NCBI GenBank assembly: GCA_951406725.2
Contig: OX597842.1
Coordinates: forward strand, 24,490,001 to 24,554,000
Origin: Octopus vulgaris
Taxonomy: Eukaryota
Direction: 5' to 3'
DNA: 64,000 nt
Below are positions 1 through 12,981 of the stretch, in pieces (position 1 is the stretch's first letter; every line of letters begins with the position of its first letter). A program made the position numbers and the translations under genes. The notes beneath the pieces are model-generated. The model did not search any database, was not told where the DNA came from, and saw only the letters and a program-made list of their open reading frames with translations.

Positions 1-693
1 ACTAATTAGCTTCTTTAAAACTGTTGCAAAATCAACGACAAAGGCAGCAACAACAACAATTATTGGGGCTTTATTCAAAGAAGTCCAAAAACAAGGGAAG
101 TACATTTTTGCCAGACGCCACTTTGGACTCAATGAATCAGTTATAAACCTGAGGACGGTATAACTGTTGCATTGTACTACAGCAGGTAATTTTTAAGGAA
201 GATTGTAAGACATGGTCAGACACAGAAAAAGTAAGGTTATTATGACATAAATGAGCCCTATATGAGTATGAACATTTTTAATTTCATATTACCCAAAAAA
301 ACTCAATGAAATTTGTTTTAAAGAAACAATAGAATTACTGTCTAACATATTCGGTGATAAAACTTCTCTAACACTTGGATGGTGTTTTGGAATATAATGA
401 AAAAGAGGATGGTGATTTTATCACATACGCAGTAACAATTAACAGAATGTGTGAAATATTTTTAAACTCAAAGAATTTACACCTGAGATGTTCAGGTGTC
501 TTCTTTTGGTACAAGGCCTTACAACACTGAATATACAGAAATTCACACTGCAGAACTAAATTCTGAAGATCAACCATTAAAGATCCTAGAGGGCTCTCAA
601 CAGAAACAAAATTCGTACATGTAAAAATGATTGGAATACATATTAAACTTCAGTTAGACATTGGAAGTGATATTTCAATAATAAATATGGATA

Positions 694-1081
694 CAGTCAA
701 CTCTCCCTACTATGCCAGTTTTGCAGATGCCCAGAGAGCATGGAGCACTATCCGAAAGTTTATGCAGCAGAAGAGCAGCGGAGAACCCAGGGTCATGCAG
801 GCGTATGATAGGCTAGACAATGAAAACCGCCGAAAGTAGATGCGTCAGCCGACAATTTTTGAGAGCTTCAGGATTAACTAAAAGCAATTTGAACTTAATT
901 AACATGGATGTCTTCTTTTTACCATTGCATTGAACTTCTTATTGGCCTTACTTCCTACCCTATGAATTTTTATTCGTATGTTCAGTAAATTTTTGGTTAT
1001 GTAGTGTTTAGATAACAGACCCTCGGTACTATGCCACTCTGGCTCAGTCCCGCAGGGTGGCAAAGTAGCAAGAGTTGACTG
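694..1081. mobile_element. Tc1/mariner-superfamily (pogo/Tigger-like) MITE
   Basis: TA|CAGTCAACTCT...AGAGTTGACTG|TA; empty site in paralogues at ~44035 and ~61180. Confidence 0.88.
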
Positions 1082-1109
1082 TATATGGAAGAAAATAGGG
1101 AAACCTATC

Positions 1110-1896
1110 TCTTCTACATGTTTCAGTCATTTGACAGTGGCCATGGTGGAGCACCGCCTTTAGTCGAGCAAATAAACACCAGGACTTATTCTTTGTAAGC
1201 CCAGTACTTATTCTATCAGTCACTTTTGCCGAACCGCTAAGTTACAGGGACATAAACGCACCAGCTTCAATTGTCAAGCGATGTTGTGGGGAGAAACATA
1301 GACATACAAACTTACACATATATATATATATATATATATACATATATATGATGGGCTTCTTTCAGTTTTTGTCTACCAAATCCACTTACAAGGTTTCAGT
1401 CTGCCCGAGGCTATAGTAGAAAACACTTGCCCAAGGTGCCACGTAGTGGGACTGAACCCGGAACCTTATGGTTCAGAAGCAAGAAACTTACCACACAGCC
1501 ACTCCTATGCCTATACTCTTTTACTTGTTTCAGTCATTTGACTGCAGCCATGCTGGAGCACCGCCTTTAATCGAGCAAATCGACCCCAGGACTTATTCTT
1601 TTGTAAGCCCAGTACTTATGATATCGGTCTCTTTTGCCGAACCACTAAGTGACGGGGACATAAACACACCAGCATCGGTTGTCAAGCAATGCTAGGGGGA
1701 CAAACACAAACAGGCACATATATATATATACGACGGGCTTCTTTCAGTTTCCGTCTACCAAATCCACTCACAAGGCTTTGGTCAAGCCAAGGCTATAGTA
1801 GAAGACACTTGACCAAGATGCCATGCAATGGGGCTGAACCCGGAACCTTATGGTTCATAAGCAAGCTACTTACCACACAGCCACTCCTGCGCCTAT
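1110..1896 (-). mobile_element. Two head-to-tail copies of a ~400-bp tRNA-derived SINE (Octopus OK/OR-like)
   Basis: Head ggcgcaggagtggctgtgtggtaag (A box), ggttcagtccc (B box), ccttgggcaag core, central (TA)n, tail ggcggtgctccagcatggcc. Confidence 0.85.
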
Positions 1897-2487
1897 GTTG
1901 AGAAAAACAGCAAAATTTCTTTGTAGCATGACGGGTGACAAATTAAATTTCATAGGCGAAATGTGGGGATAAGTCACATTTCAAGTGAAAGCATGCAATG
2001 TCTTCATTGTTAAATATGTTGATTATCTGTTTGGTACCAATTTTTTTTTTCTTGTATCAGCTCAGAGCTGCGGCCATGCTGATGCACCGCCGTTTTGTAC
2101 TAAAATGTTATTACGAAGAACTTCCTCTAATGTGTGGCACTTGGTGAAGAATGGAGTTTGATATAGCTGCTCTCATTTGCACCTCTTGCCGTGAGGTAGG
2201 TTCATCTGGGACTCTCGACAGGAAGATGTCCAGCTTTGATTTAAAAATCACTACATCTACTTTGTGCAAGTTCCTCAGACTCTTTGGGAGAATATTAAAA
2301 AGCTGGGTGGGCCCTTGAAACCCAGGCTGTTGCAGAAGCTGGTCCTGAAGCATGATGTCATTGCCGGGATCTTTGGCACTATGCAATGTTGTCCCGTTCT
2401 AAAATTGCTGTAGTTTACAATGCAATTAGTTAGAATTATTCAATATGGGACTTCCCTATAAATATCTATTGTAAAAATGTAAATGGT

Positions 2488-3210
2488 TCATCATCATCAT
2501 TTAACATCCACTTTCCATACTGGCATGGGTTGGACGATTTTGACTGAGGGCTGGTGAGCCAGGTGGCTGCACCAGGTTCCAATCTGATCTAGCAGAGTTT
2601 CTACAGCTTGGTGCCCTTCCTAATGCCAACCACTCCGTGAGTGTAGCGGGGCCGAATTTGGACCTGGAGATCTCCATTTCCAGCGACTTCAAGGGCCACC
2701 TCCCAGTGGTGTTGTGTGTCAATGGAAAGCGCCCTCGACTGCAACAAGACGACCACAGATTTTTTATTTCCCTTACCTGTCTTGTTGCTTAACAACAAGA
2801 GTGTAGTGGGTGTTTTTCAAGTGTGACTGGCACGGAAGGGGGCGCAGCCAGATAGCACTGGCAGAGATAAGGCTCAAATGGTAGTTCTTTTGTGCCAACT
2901 CATTATCTCACATTCACAGCATCATCATCGTTTAGTGTCCGTTTTCCATGCTAGCATGGGTTGGATGGTTCGACTGGGGTCTGGGAAGCCAGAAGGCTGC
3001 ACCAGGCCCAGTCTGATCTGGCAGTGTCTCTATGGCAGGATGCCCTTCCTAACGCCAACCACTCCGTGAGTGTAGTGCATGCTCTTTACGTGCCACCGGC
3101 ACAGGTACCAGGGGAGGCTGGCAGCAGCCACGATCGGTTGGTGCTTTTTACGTGCCACCGGCACAGGTGCCAGATGAGGCTGGCAAACGTCCATGATCGG
3201 ATGGTGCAAA
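2488..3210 (-). mobile_element. Two RTE-related non-autonomous elements with (GAT)n tails (others at 3697-3830, 4020-4240, 5680-5962, 30530-30762, 56301-56580, 58480-58695, 58885-59013)
   Basis: Recurrent ggttggcgttaggaagggcatccagctgtagaaac...catggaaaacggacgttaaacgatgatgatg. Confidence 0.7.
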
Positions 3211-4269
3211 TGGCCATCTTAACATTTAATACCTTGTGTTTTGTAAATCAAATAATATCAATAAATTATAAAACAAACGCATAACAAGAAGAAATTTTGA
3301 AGAAAAGACGTTATTTTAATGAAATATATCTTGTAATCACCTGAAAAGACACATCTACACTGTTGGATACCCATAAAGCAACTCTTCAATATCCCACTCA
3401 TAAAGGGTCGAAGCAAGATGTGTTGAAGCAATTATAGTGATCAATAAATATTCTTGTATCTTCCGTTAATTATATCATTATCATCATCTATTTCTTTGCT
3501 GCCCACAAGGGACTAAACATAGAGGGGACAGACAAAGGGATTAAGTCGATTACATCGACCCCAGTGCGAAACTGGTACTTTATTTATCGACCGCAAAAGG
3601 ATGACAGGCAAAGTCGACCTTGGCGGAATTTGAACTGAGAACGCAACGACAGACGAAATACCGCTAAGCATTTCGCCCGGCCTGCTAACGTTTCTGCATC
3701 ATCGTCATCGCTTAATGTCTGCTTTCCTCGATGGCATGGGTTGGACGGTTTGACCGGGTCTCTGGGAAGCCAGATGGATTTACCAGGCTCCAGTCTGATC
3801 TGGCAGTGTTTCTACAGCTGGATGCCCTTTTCTCCATGCCGAGCAGGGCCATCTCCCTGACAGGATCTGTCTTTGGTCTTTGCTAAATTTACTGTATGGT
3901 TTTTCAATCCAGATCTTGCTTCCATACCTGAAATTTGTTCTCTAATTGTGGTAGGGATTCAGCAATAAGAACAAGGTCATCAGTTTGGAAGAGATCCCAA
4001 GGGCAGCCAATCTCAAATTCCTTCCTAATGCCAACCACTCCGTGAGTGTAGTGGGTGCATTTTACATGCCACCAGCACAGGTGCCAGGCAAGGCTGGCAA
4101 CGGCTATGATCGGTTGGTGCTTTTCACCAGCAAGGAAGCCAGTCAAGGTGGTGCTGGCATCAGCCATGTTCGGATGGTGCTTTTTACTTGCCACCGGCAC
4201 AGGTATCACAACTACAATTTCCATTGGTTTATTTGATGTTAATGTACTTGACTCAATAGGTCTCCTCAT

Positions 4270-5210
4270 ATATCAATGTAAGTTCCATGGATCAAGGTGT
4301 AGAATTGTATCAACTAGAAGCACCAGCAATGCTATCTTCCTGGTGAGGCAAAAGCAGAAGTATTTGGTCAAAGATATATCTTTGCATTTGGATTTTGTTG
4401 ACATGGAGAAAGCTTTTCACAGAATCCCCTACTCTATTATTTGGGGAGCAATAGAGAAGCTAAGTTAAGTTAATTTTTTGGCTCAAAAAGCAAAAAGCAA
4501 GGCCATGTAGGGGGACATGGAATTATGTACAGGGAGGGTAGTCATACAAAGTGTTCAGGCCATTTCTGGTCAAGAGGGACTTTGAACCGAGTGGTCGTCG
4601 GCATCTTCACTATCTCATCCGGCAGCTTTTTCCACGGATCCGCAACCCGGACTGAGAAAGCCATTCTCCATCGATTGAGATGAAATTGTCACAGATAGAG
4701 CTTTTCAGAGTGACCCTGCAGCCGACGCTCTGGAGCAGGAGTGAAGAACAGATCTTTCGAGAGGTTACACTTTCTGCTTATGATGTTGTGAGCAAGAATG
4801 AGATCACCACAGCATCGTCGTTTAGGGAGAGATGAGTGGTTGGTGAGACATGCAAAAGCCATGTATAGGGATGCTGTCAGTAAGGTAAATGTCACCAATG
4901 AGTAAAGCATGAATTTTAGTGTAAAAAGTTTTTCACCCCACTCTTGTTTATCATAGTCCTGCAAGCAATAACAGAGGAATTTAAGATTGGCTGCCCTTGG
5001 GATCTCTTCCAAGCTGATGACCTTCTTATTGCTGAATCCCTACCAAAATTAGAGAACAAATTTCAGGTATGGAAGCAACATCTGGATTGAAAAACCATTC
5101 AGTAAATTTAGCAAAGACCAAAGACAGAGATGGCCCTATTAGGCATGTAGAAAAGATGTCAGGAGAAACTCCATGTAGTGTACCCAGTACAAGCTATGGA
5201 CACATATTGT
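4270..5210 (+). mobile_element. RTE-clade LINE reverse-transcriptase fragment, interrupted by a CR1-like 3' fragment (4465-4821, -)
   Basis: FVDMEKAF, QADDL motifs; paralogue at 57050-58440 lacks the CR1 insert and retains GVHQGS...PLLF. Confidence 0.8.
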
Positions 5211-6278
5211 TCATTAGATTATAGGCTGCAGATCGTGGGATAGCCTAAGCATGTCCAGCAGAGAACAACTGATCATCGTTGGGAACTGGAATGTGATACA
5301 ATGGTGTCGAAATAATATATCCACACGAAAACACAAATGAAGAAAATGTAAAAAATTTATTTGTCTCAAAAAAAGTAATACAATTGCTGTATTTCATTCC
5401 CCATTTTATCACTGGTATTGTTATTGATCAATATGAATAAATACAGGTTTACTCTTTTACTCTTTTACTTGTTTCAGCCATCCGGCTGAGGCCATGCTGG
5501 GGCACCGCCCTTAGATATATCTAAGTTTAGTTAAATTACATTAAGAGAATGATTTTGCACAGATAACACAGCAATATGTCTTCTCTCCTGTATGAATGCA
5601 TTTAAAATTAGTTAAACAGCATAATCCTAAGAGAATGATTTACTACAGATATCAAAACCAAAAATCAAAGTCATAATCGATCAACATCAATGGAATTTGT
5701 AGCTGTGATACCAAGGCCGGTGGCACATAAGAGAACCATCTGAACGTGGACGTTTGCGAGCCTTGTCTGGCACCTTTGCCGGTGGCATGTAAAAAGCACC
5801 CACTAGACTCACGGAGTAGTTGGCGTTAAGAAGGGCATCCAGCTGTAGAATCACTGCTAGATCAGACTGGAGCCTGGTGCAGCCTTCTGGCTTTCTACAC
5901 CCCAGTTGAACCGTCAAACCCATGCTAGCATGGAAAGCGGACGTTAAACGATGATGATGATGAACACAGTGATACAATATCTCCCCAATCTAACTGGATT
6001 TGTGATAAAAATATTTTCTTACACAGAATGATTTACTGCAGATATTACTGTGCTATGCTTTCTCTCCTGTATGAATGTATTTGTGATTAGTTAAATGTTG
6101 TTCCAAAGACAATGATTTACCACAGATATCACAGTGATAGGGCTTCTCTCCTGTATAAATACATTTATGAGTATATATAGCACATTCCCAAGAGAATGAC
6201 TTACCACAGATATCACAGTGACATAGTTTGTCTCCTTTATGAATAGACTTAGAATGATTTACTGCAGATATCACAGTG

Positions 6279-7749
6279 CTATGATTTCTCTCCTGTATGA
6301 ATGTATTTGTGTCTAGTAAGGTTACTTTTTCCAGAGAATGATTTACCACAAATATCACACTGATATGGCCTCTCATCAGTGTGAGTACGTTCATGAGCAG
6401 TTAAATAACTTCTTAATACAAAGGATTTACCACAGATATTGCAGTGATATGGTTTCTCTCCTGTATGAATTGATTTGTGAGAATCAAAGTTACCTTTTTG
6501 AGAGAATGATTTACCACAAATATCACACTGATATGGTTTCTCTCCTGTATGAATGTATTTGTGTCTATTAAAATTACTTTTACGAGAGAATGATTTATCA
6601 CAGATATCACAGTGATATCGTTTCTCTCCTGTATGAATGTATTTGTGTCTATTAAGGGTACTTTTTCCAGAGAATGATTTACCACAGATATCACATTGAT
6701 ATGGCCTTTCATTAGTGTGAGTAAGTTCATGAGCAGTTAAATTACTTCTCACTACAAAGGATTTACCACAGATATTGCAGTGATATGGTTTCTCTCCTGT
6801 ATGAATTGATTTGTGATAAGTAAGGCTATTCTTATGAGGGAATGTTTTACCACAAATATCGCAGTGATGTGGCTTCTCACCTGTGTGTAAGTTTGTGAGT
6901 AATTAAATGACTTTTTAATGAAAAGGATTTATCACAAATATCACAGTGATATGGTTTCTCTCCTGTATGAATGTATTTGTGTTTAGTAAGGTTACTGTTA
7001 TGAGAGAATGATTTACCACAGATATCACAGTGATGTGGTTTCTCTCTTGTATGAATGAATTTGTGAGAATCAAGGTTACATTTGTGAGTGAATGATTTAC
7101 CACAAATATCACAATGATATGGCTTCTCATGAGCATGAATAAGTTTGTGTTTAGTTAAAGAACTTCTTATTGAAAAGGATTTATTACATATATCACAGTG
7201 ATATCATTTCTCTCCTGTATGAATGTATTTGTGAGAAGTCAGGCAACCTTTTTGAGAGAATGATTTACCACAAATATCACACTGATGTGGTTTCTCTCCT
7301 GTGTGAATGTATTTGTGAGAATCAAGGTTATATTTTTGAGAGAATGATTTACCACAAATTTCGCAGTGATATGGCTTTTCATGAGTATGTGAAAGTTTGT
7401 GTTTAGTTAAATCACTCCTTAGTGAAAAGGATTTATCACAGATCTCGTATTGATATGGTTTCTCTCCTGTATGAATGTAATTGTGAGTTTTAAGGTGACT
7501 TTTTTGGGAGAACGATTTACCACAGATGTCACAGTGATACGGTTTCTCTCCTGTATGAACTGAGTTGTGACAAGTAAGGCTACTCCTATGAGAGAATGAT
7601 TTACCACAAATACCACATTGATATTGCTTTCCACTTGGATCAATACACTTGTGAACAGTGAGATTTGCTGTATTAGAAAAAGTCTTTTTACAGATATCAC
7701 ATTGGTCTGATAATTTTTCTCTTTCTTTTGTCATCTCCGGCGGATTCAT
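6279..7749 (-). pseudogene. C2H2 zinc-finger array gene A (~17 fingers), disrupted or truncated
   Basis: 84-bp CxxC-x12-HxxxH/TGEKP repeats from ATG 7749 (MNPPEMTKEREK). In-frame TGA at 7204-7206 (EK*YH), 2-bp deletion near 6885 relative to gene G (cttacacacagg vs cttacacatacagg), terminal TAG at 6279-6281. Degenerate fingers continue to ~5520. Confidence 0.85.
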
Positions 7750-8697
7750 TATTCTTCTGCAGTATGCAACACCAAAATATATTTTTCTTTTCTTCTTTAT
7801 AAATGTCTTTGTAGATTCAAATACTTCTACTGCTATATTTACAGCAAATCTGATCTTCTCGAATATCTGAAGATAATACAAAGACCTTCACAGATTTTTC
7901 CAAATTCAAACAGAATGTAAAATACTGGCAATGAAGAAAACAAACGTTCGAATTAATTCCAAAGAAATATTTCACAGTTATTCACCATAGATTTGTAATA
8001 GAAACAAGGTTATATATATTATTTATAATATCTTCCATTAGTCTTCAAATGATGATCAATATTCATGATGTATCTGATGTAAAAACTCCTTTATACCACT
8101 AACATCTCATATTCTGAAATGACACAGAAACAGTAGAAGATATAGGAAAGACTTAAAAAGCAGAGATTCAACTATAAAAAATATTACTACATTTTCATAA
8201 TAATAAACTGTTTATATAAACCTTAACCCGAATAATTAGTCTCTATACACAGACTTCCGTTCCTTTGCCTTCAGATATTACGTAAAATGTTAAACTACAA
8301 AATATTGGACAATAACTTCCTACTATCTTCAGAAATGTGATAAGTCACTGTTGTTTAGCCCGGAATCATCCCTGGCTGAACAGGTCTATTAATGAAATTA
8401 GGTTGTGTTCACGACTTTTAAAATAATAATAATGAAATTACTGTATACAGTGCTCAGGTGCACCACAACTTGTCAAAAGTGTGTATAAAGTATATGCAGT
8501 AATGTACAAATGTCTGGAAAGTGAACAGTGTATGAGTCAGATACTTGATTGCGTGTGTATGGAGGGGAGAAAATCGGGTGTATTGTTGGCGAATCTGAGG
8601 AAGCATGGAAAGAAGCCCGTTGTATATATGTGTATATGTATGTTTGTGTGTGTGCTTATGTGTCTGTGTTTGTCACACTAACATCGCTGGACAACCA

Positions 8698-9220
8698 TCC
8701 AGTGTCAAATTAATCACAGAACTTGAGGCAATCCAACGAAGCTACACAAAGAAGATAGCCTCTGTGCAGCATATGGGCTATTGGGAAAGACTCAAGAGAT
8801 TAAGACTCTATTCCTTAGAGCGTAGGCGAGAAAGATATGCCATAATATACATCTGGAAGATCCTAGAAGGACTTGTCCCAAACTTTGGCATCGAGTGTTA
8901 CACAAATACTAGAACTGGGAGCCACTGCATAGTGCCAAGGACTACAAATTTGCCATCAAGATATAGGACAAGATACTGTGATAGCCTGGGCTTCAGAGGT
9001 TCACAGCTCTTCAATATCCTCTCGAAGGACCTGAGAGACCTGCATGGGGTGGATGCAGATGTCTTTAAAATAAAACTGGATCTCTTCCTGTCAGGTGTCC
9101 TAGATGAACCAACTTCACGGCAGGAGGTGCAGATGAGGGCAGCTGCATCGAACTCTCTCATGCACAAAATGGCAATTGCTAAAAAGCATTCGTGAAGTAA
9201 AATCATGTAGCAACACCAAA
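8698..9220 (+). mobile_element. CR1/L2-group LINE 3' fragment (same family at 2040-2420, -)
   Basis: LEAIQRSYTKKI...YWERLKRLRLYSLERRRER...FKIKLDLFLS. Confidence 0.85.
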
Positions 9221-9599
9221 TATAATTTATCTAATTTTGACACAGTTTGGCTAACCGAATACGGTTGCTTAAAGCTCTAGTTAAGAATGCGAATGTCCAG
9301 TTCTATCTCATTATTATTATCATTGTTGTTGTTATTCTTTTGCACCGGCAGCCAGAGTGTTTGCCATTTCGTGGTGTGTCCGCCCATCCCACCCCCATCA
9401 CCTATACTGGAAGTCCCCATGTTCTAACCCCCATTGGATGCCTATCCCCTGAACACCTCCAATGGCTTAGATGCTCCCCCATCCATACTTAGTGTTTATC
9501 TCCTGTGGAATGCAGTGATAATTTAGTGCACAAAATAATGGTGTAGTGTGTGCAAGTTGAAGGCTATTGTATGTTTATGAGTTCTGTCAAATTCAAGCT

Positions 9600-10030
9600 T
9601 TCTTTTCAGGTACCTGATGCTGCTGTACCCCACCTCAGGGTCTTGCAGGCCCACACCTTCCACAACCTCAGAATTGGCACATTGAAAGATAGGTCTGGTG
9701 AGATCGTTGAGATTCTTGAATGGAGCCATGTAGATTTGTGCTGCTTCCAAGAAGTAAGGTGGAGAGGAAGTTCTACTAGGTTCCTCACAAGCAAAGAACG
9801 TAGGTATAAGATTTTCTGGGTAGGGAATACTGATGGAGTTGAGGGCATGGATATACTTCTTGCAGAGAGAATGGGTTGATAAGGTAATCAAGGTAGTCAG
9901 AGTCTGTGATAGAATACTTAAGCTTAGATTAGTGTTGCAACATGGGTTAGCAACCATAATCTTGGCTTATGCCCCTCAGCCAAGGTTACCTGATAAACAG
10001 AAAGACCGATTTCATGGCACCCTCTTCTAC
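9600..10030 (+). mobile_element. RTE-clade LINE AP-endonuclease fragment
   Basis: IGTLKDRSGEIVE...VDLCCFQEVRWRG...KIFWVG, then ILAYAPQ after a frameshift. Confidence 0.8.
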
Positions 10031-10400
10031 TTACTTGTACTTGTGGCGACATTCACCCCAGGCGGGTTGAGTCGGCTTCTTCTACCACCCTCGAGGCATC
10101 TCAAACCATGGCAGCCCACGCACGACGGTCCTGCGCCAGTTCACTGGAGATAGCAAGCCAGTCACGGTTCCATCGGCGCAGGCAGACCACCTGTGGACCG
10201 GTGAGCACAGAGAGGTCCTCCTTGATCGTCGTAACCCAGGTCCTCAGCTGCCCGCCCATGCGTTTCCGCCAGTTGGGAAGTGGAGTTGGGAGGACATCAC
10301 GGCTCAGTTCACCCACCGGATGCCTACATGCATGTCCAAACCACCGCAAGCTCTGTTGCAGAAGGACAGATGGAAGGGGCCGCAGAGATTGGCGGTGGGA
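10030..10400 (-). mobile_element. RTE-like LINE 3' fragment
   Basis: RWFGHACR...WRKRMGGQLRTW...LAQDRRAWAAMV followed by a (CAAGTA)n tail. Confidence 0.75.
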
Positions 10401-10735
10401 GTATACTTTACTCGGACCAGTCTACTCTCATCACAACAGGTGCCATTCTAACCAGATGCCCATCATAAATCCCTGCTTGGTGTCTGGTAAGAACAAGACC
10501 ATGAAAACCGGATCTACAGAATGATTTAGCAAAAAATAAGTAGGCTGTATCATCCACTCTACACCAAACACTATGACAAAATGACACATCCACAAGAAAA
10601 TAGAACAAATTAATTTAATCAATATTATTTGAATGGAAAACACACATCATAATTAATGAGTTGAAGCAAATGAGGAAAATGCAAACAATTAATTTATTCA
10701 ATAAAAAGTAATACAATTGCTGTATTTTATTCACC

Positions 10736-11370
10736 AGGCATAGGAGTGGCTGTGTGGTAAGTAGCTTGCTTACCAACCACATGGTCCCGGGTTCAGTCCC
10801 ACTGTGTGACACCTTGGGCAAGTGTGTTCTACTATAGCTTCAGGCCAACCAAAGCCTTGTGAGTGGATTTCGTAGACGGAAACTGAAAAGAAGCCCGTCG
10901 TATATATCATCATCATCGTTTAACGTCCGTTTTCCATGCTAGCATGGGTTGGACGGTTCAACCAGAGTCTGGGAAGCCAGGAGGCTGCACCAGGCTCCAG
11001 TCGGATCTGGCAGTGTTTCTACAGCTGGATGCCCTTCCTAACGCCAACCACTCCATGAGTGTAGTGGGTGCTTTTTACCTGCCACCTACACAGGTACCAG
11101 ACGAGGCTGGCAAACGGCAACGATCAGATGGTGCTTTTTACGTGCAACGTGTGTGTACGATTGTGTGCCTTTGTTTGTCCCCGCAACATCGCTTGACAAC
11201 CGATGCTGGTGTGTTTATGTCCCTGTAACTTAGCAGTTCGGCAAAAGAGACAGATAGAATAAGTACTAGGCTTACAAAGAATAAGTCCTGGGGTCGATAT
11301 GCTTGACTAAAGGCGGTGCTCCAGCATGGCCACAGTCAAATGACTGAACCAAGTGAAAGAAAGAAAAGAC
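10736..11370 (+). mobile_element. SINE copy with an RTE-related element nested in its (TA)n tract (10907-11150)
   Basis: Both SINE halves flank the (CAT)n-headed insert. Other copies of this SINE: 29725-30115 (-), 43635-44010 (+), 53905-54165 (-), 61205-61582 (-). Confidence 0.85.
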
Positions 11371-11844
11371 ATCTATTTCATGCCAGTTATTTTTATAGAT
11401 CAATATGAATAAGAATATGTTTAGTTAAGGTAGATTATTGAGAGAATGATTTAGCACAGATTACACAGTCATAAGAATCTTATCCTCTATGAATATGTTT
11501 GTGTTTAGTTAAGTAATTACGAGGGAATGATTAATCACTGATGTCACAGCGTTACGGTTTTTCTCCTGTATGAATGTATTCATGTTGAGTTAACCCACAT
11601 GGTAAAAGAATGACAGTGCTATGGTTTCTTTCCTGTATGAATGAATTTGAGATTAGCTAAATATTGTTCCACAGAGAATGATTTAGCATAGTTATCACAG
11701 TGATAGGGCTTCTCTCTTGCATAAATACATTTATGAGTATATATAGCACATTCCCAAGAGAATGATTTACCACAGATATCACAGTTATATGGTTTGTCTC
11801 CTTTATGAATAGACTTTGAATGATTTACTGCAGATATTAAAGTG

Positions 11845-12981
11845 CTAGGGTTTCTCTCCTGTATGAATGTGTTTGTGAGAATCAAGGTAACGTCTTTGAG
11901 AGAATGACATTCCGCAGACATCACATTGATGAGGTTTCTCTCCTGTATGAATGTATTTGTGTTTAGTAAGGCCTCTCTTCTGAGAGAATGATTTACCACA
12001 AATATCACAGTCATGTGATTTCTCTTCTGTATGAATGGATGTGTGAGAAGAAACGTGACTTTTTTGAGAGAATGATTTACCACAGACATCACATTGATGA
12101 GGTGTCTCACCTGTATGAATGAATTTGTGAGTAGTTAAATTACGTTTTAATGAAAAAGATTTACCACAGATATCACAGGGATATGGTTTCTCTCCTGTAT
12201 GAACAGATTTGTGATAAGTAAGGCAACTCATTTGAGAGAATGATTTACCACAAATATCACACTGATATGGTTTCTCTCCTGTATGAACGGATTTGTGACA
12301 AGTAAGTCTATGCTTTTGAGAAAATGATTTACCACAAATATCACATTGATAAGGTTTCTCCCCTGTATGACTGAATTTGTGATAAGTAAGGCTATGCTTA
12401 AAGGAGAATGATTTACCACAAATATCACAGTAATATGGTTTCTCACCTGTATGAATGGACTTGTGTTTCGTAAGATTACTTTTATCAGAGAATGATTTAC
12501 CACAAATATCACACTGATATGGTTTCTCTCCTGTATGAGTGGATTTGTGACAAGTAAGGCTAATCTTATGAGAGAATGATTTACCACAAATATCACACTG
12601 ATAAGGTTTCTCTCCTGTATGAATGGATTTGTGTTTAGTAAGGCTACTTTTATGAGAGAATGATTTACCACAAATGTCACATTGATATGGTTTCTCACCT
12701 GTATGACTGTATTTGTGAGAAGTAAGGTGAACCTTCTGAAAGAATGACTTTCCACAAATATCACAGTGATACCGTTTCGCTCTTGTATGAATGTAATTGT
12801 GTTTAGTAAGGTGACTTTTATCAGAGAATGATTTACCACAGACATCACAGTGATATGGCTTCCCCTCTGCATGAATGAATTTGTGAACAGTGAGATTTCT
12901 CTTATTACAATAAGTCTTTTTACAGATATCACATTGGTATGCTAATTTTTCTCTTTCTTTTGTCATCTCTTGAGGATTCAT
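11845..12981 (-). CDS. C2H2 zinc-finger protein B, 13 fingers, intact 378 aa
   Basis: Uninterrupted ORF with 13 C2H2 fingers and TGEKP linkers; degenerate fingers downstream to ~11410. Confidence 0.9.
   Translation of the reverse strand: MNPQEMTKEREKLAYQCDICKKTYCNKRNLTVHKFIHAEGKPYHCDVCGKSFSDKSHLTKHNYIHTRAKRYHCDICGKSFFQKVHLTSHKYSHTGEKPYQCDICGKSFSHKSSLTKHKSIHTGEKPYQCDICGKSFSHKISLTCHKSTHTGEKPYQCDICGKSFSDKSNLTKHKSIHTGEKPYYCDICGKSFSFKHSLTYHKFSHTGEKPYQCDICGKSFSQKHRLTCHKSVHTGEKPYQCDICGKSFSQMSCLTYHKSVHTGEKPYPCDICGKSFSLKRNLTTHKFIHTGETPHQCDVCGKSFSQKSHVSSHTSIHTEEKSHDCDICGKSFSQKRGLTKHKYIHTGEKPHQCDVCGMSFSQRRYLDSHKHIHTGEKP

Larger units (their letters stand above)
1..2038 (+). pseudogene. Gypsy/Ty3 (K02A2.6-like) gag-protease relic interrupted by a MITE and two SINEs
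   Basis: Fragments IFKEDCKTWSDTEKVRLL, FILPKKLNEICFKETIELL, EFTPEMFRCLLLVQGL, KLQLDIGSDISIIN (protease D-T/S-G site; DTG in the copy at ~44065), WKKIGKP, then LRKTAK...YLFGT at 1897-2038. Other pieces at 44010-44800 (-), 59215-59360 (-), 61170-61205 (+). Confidence 0.7.
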
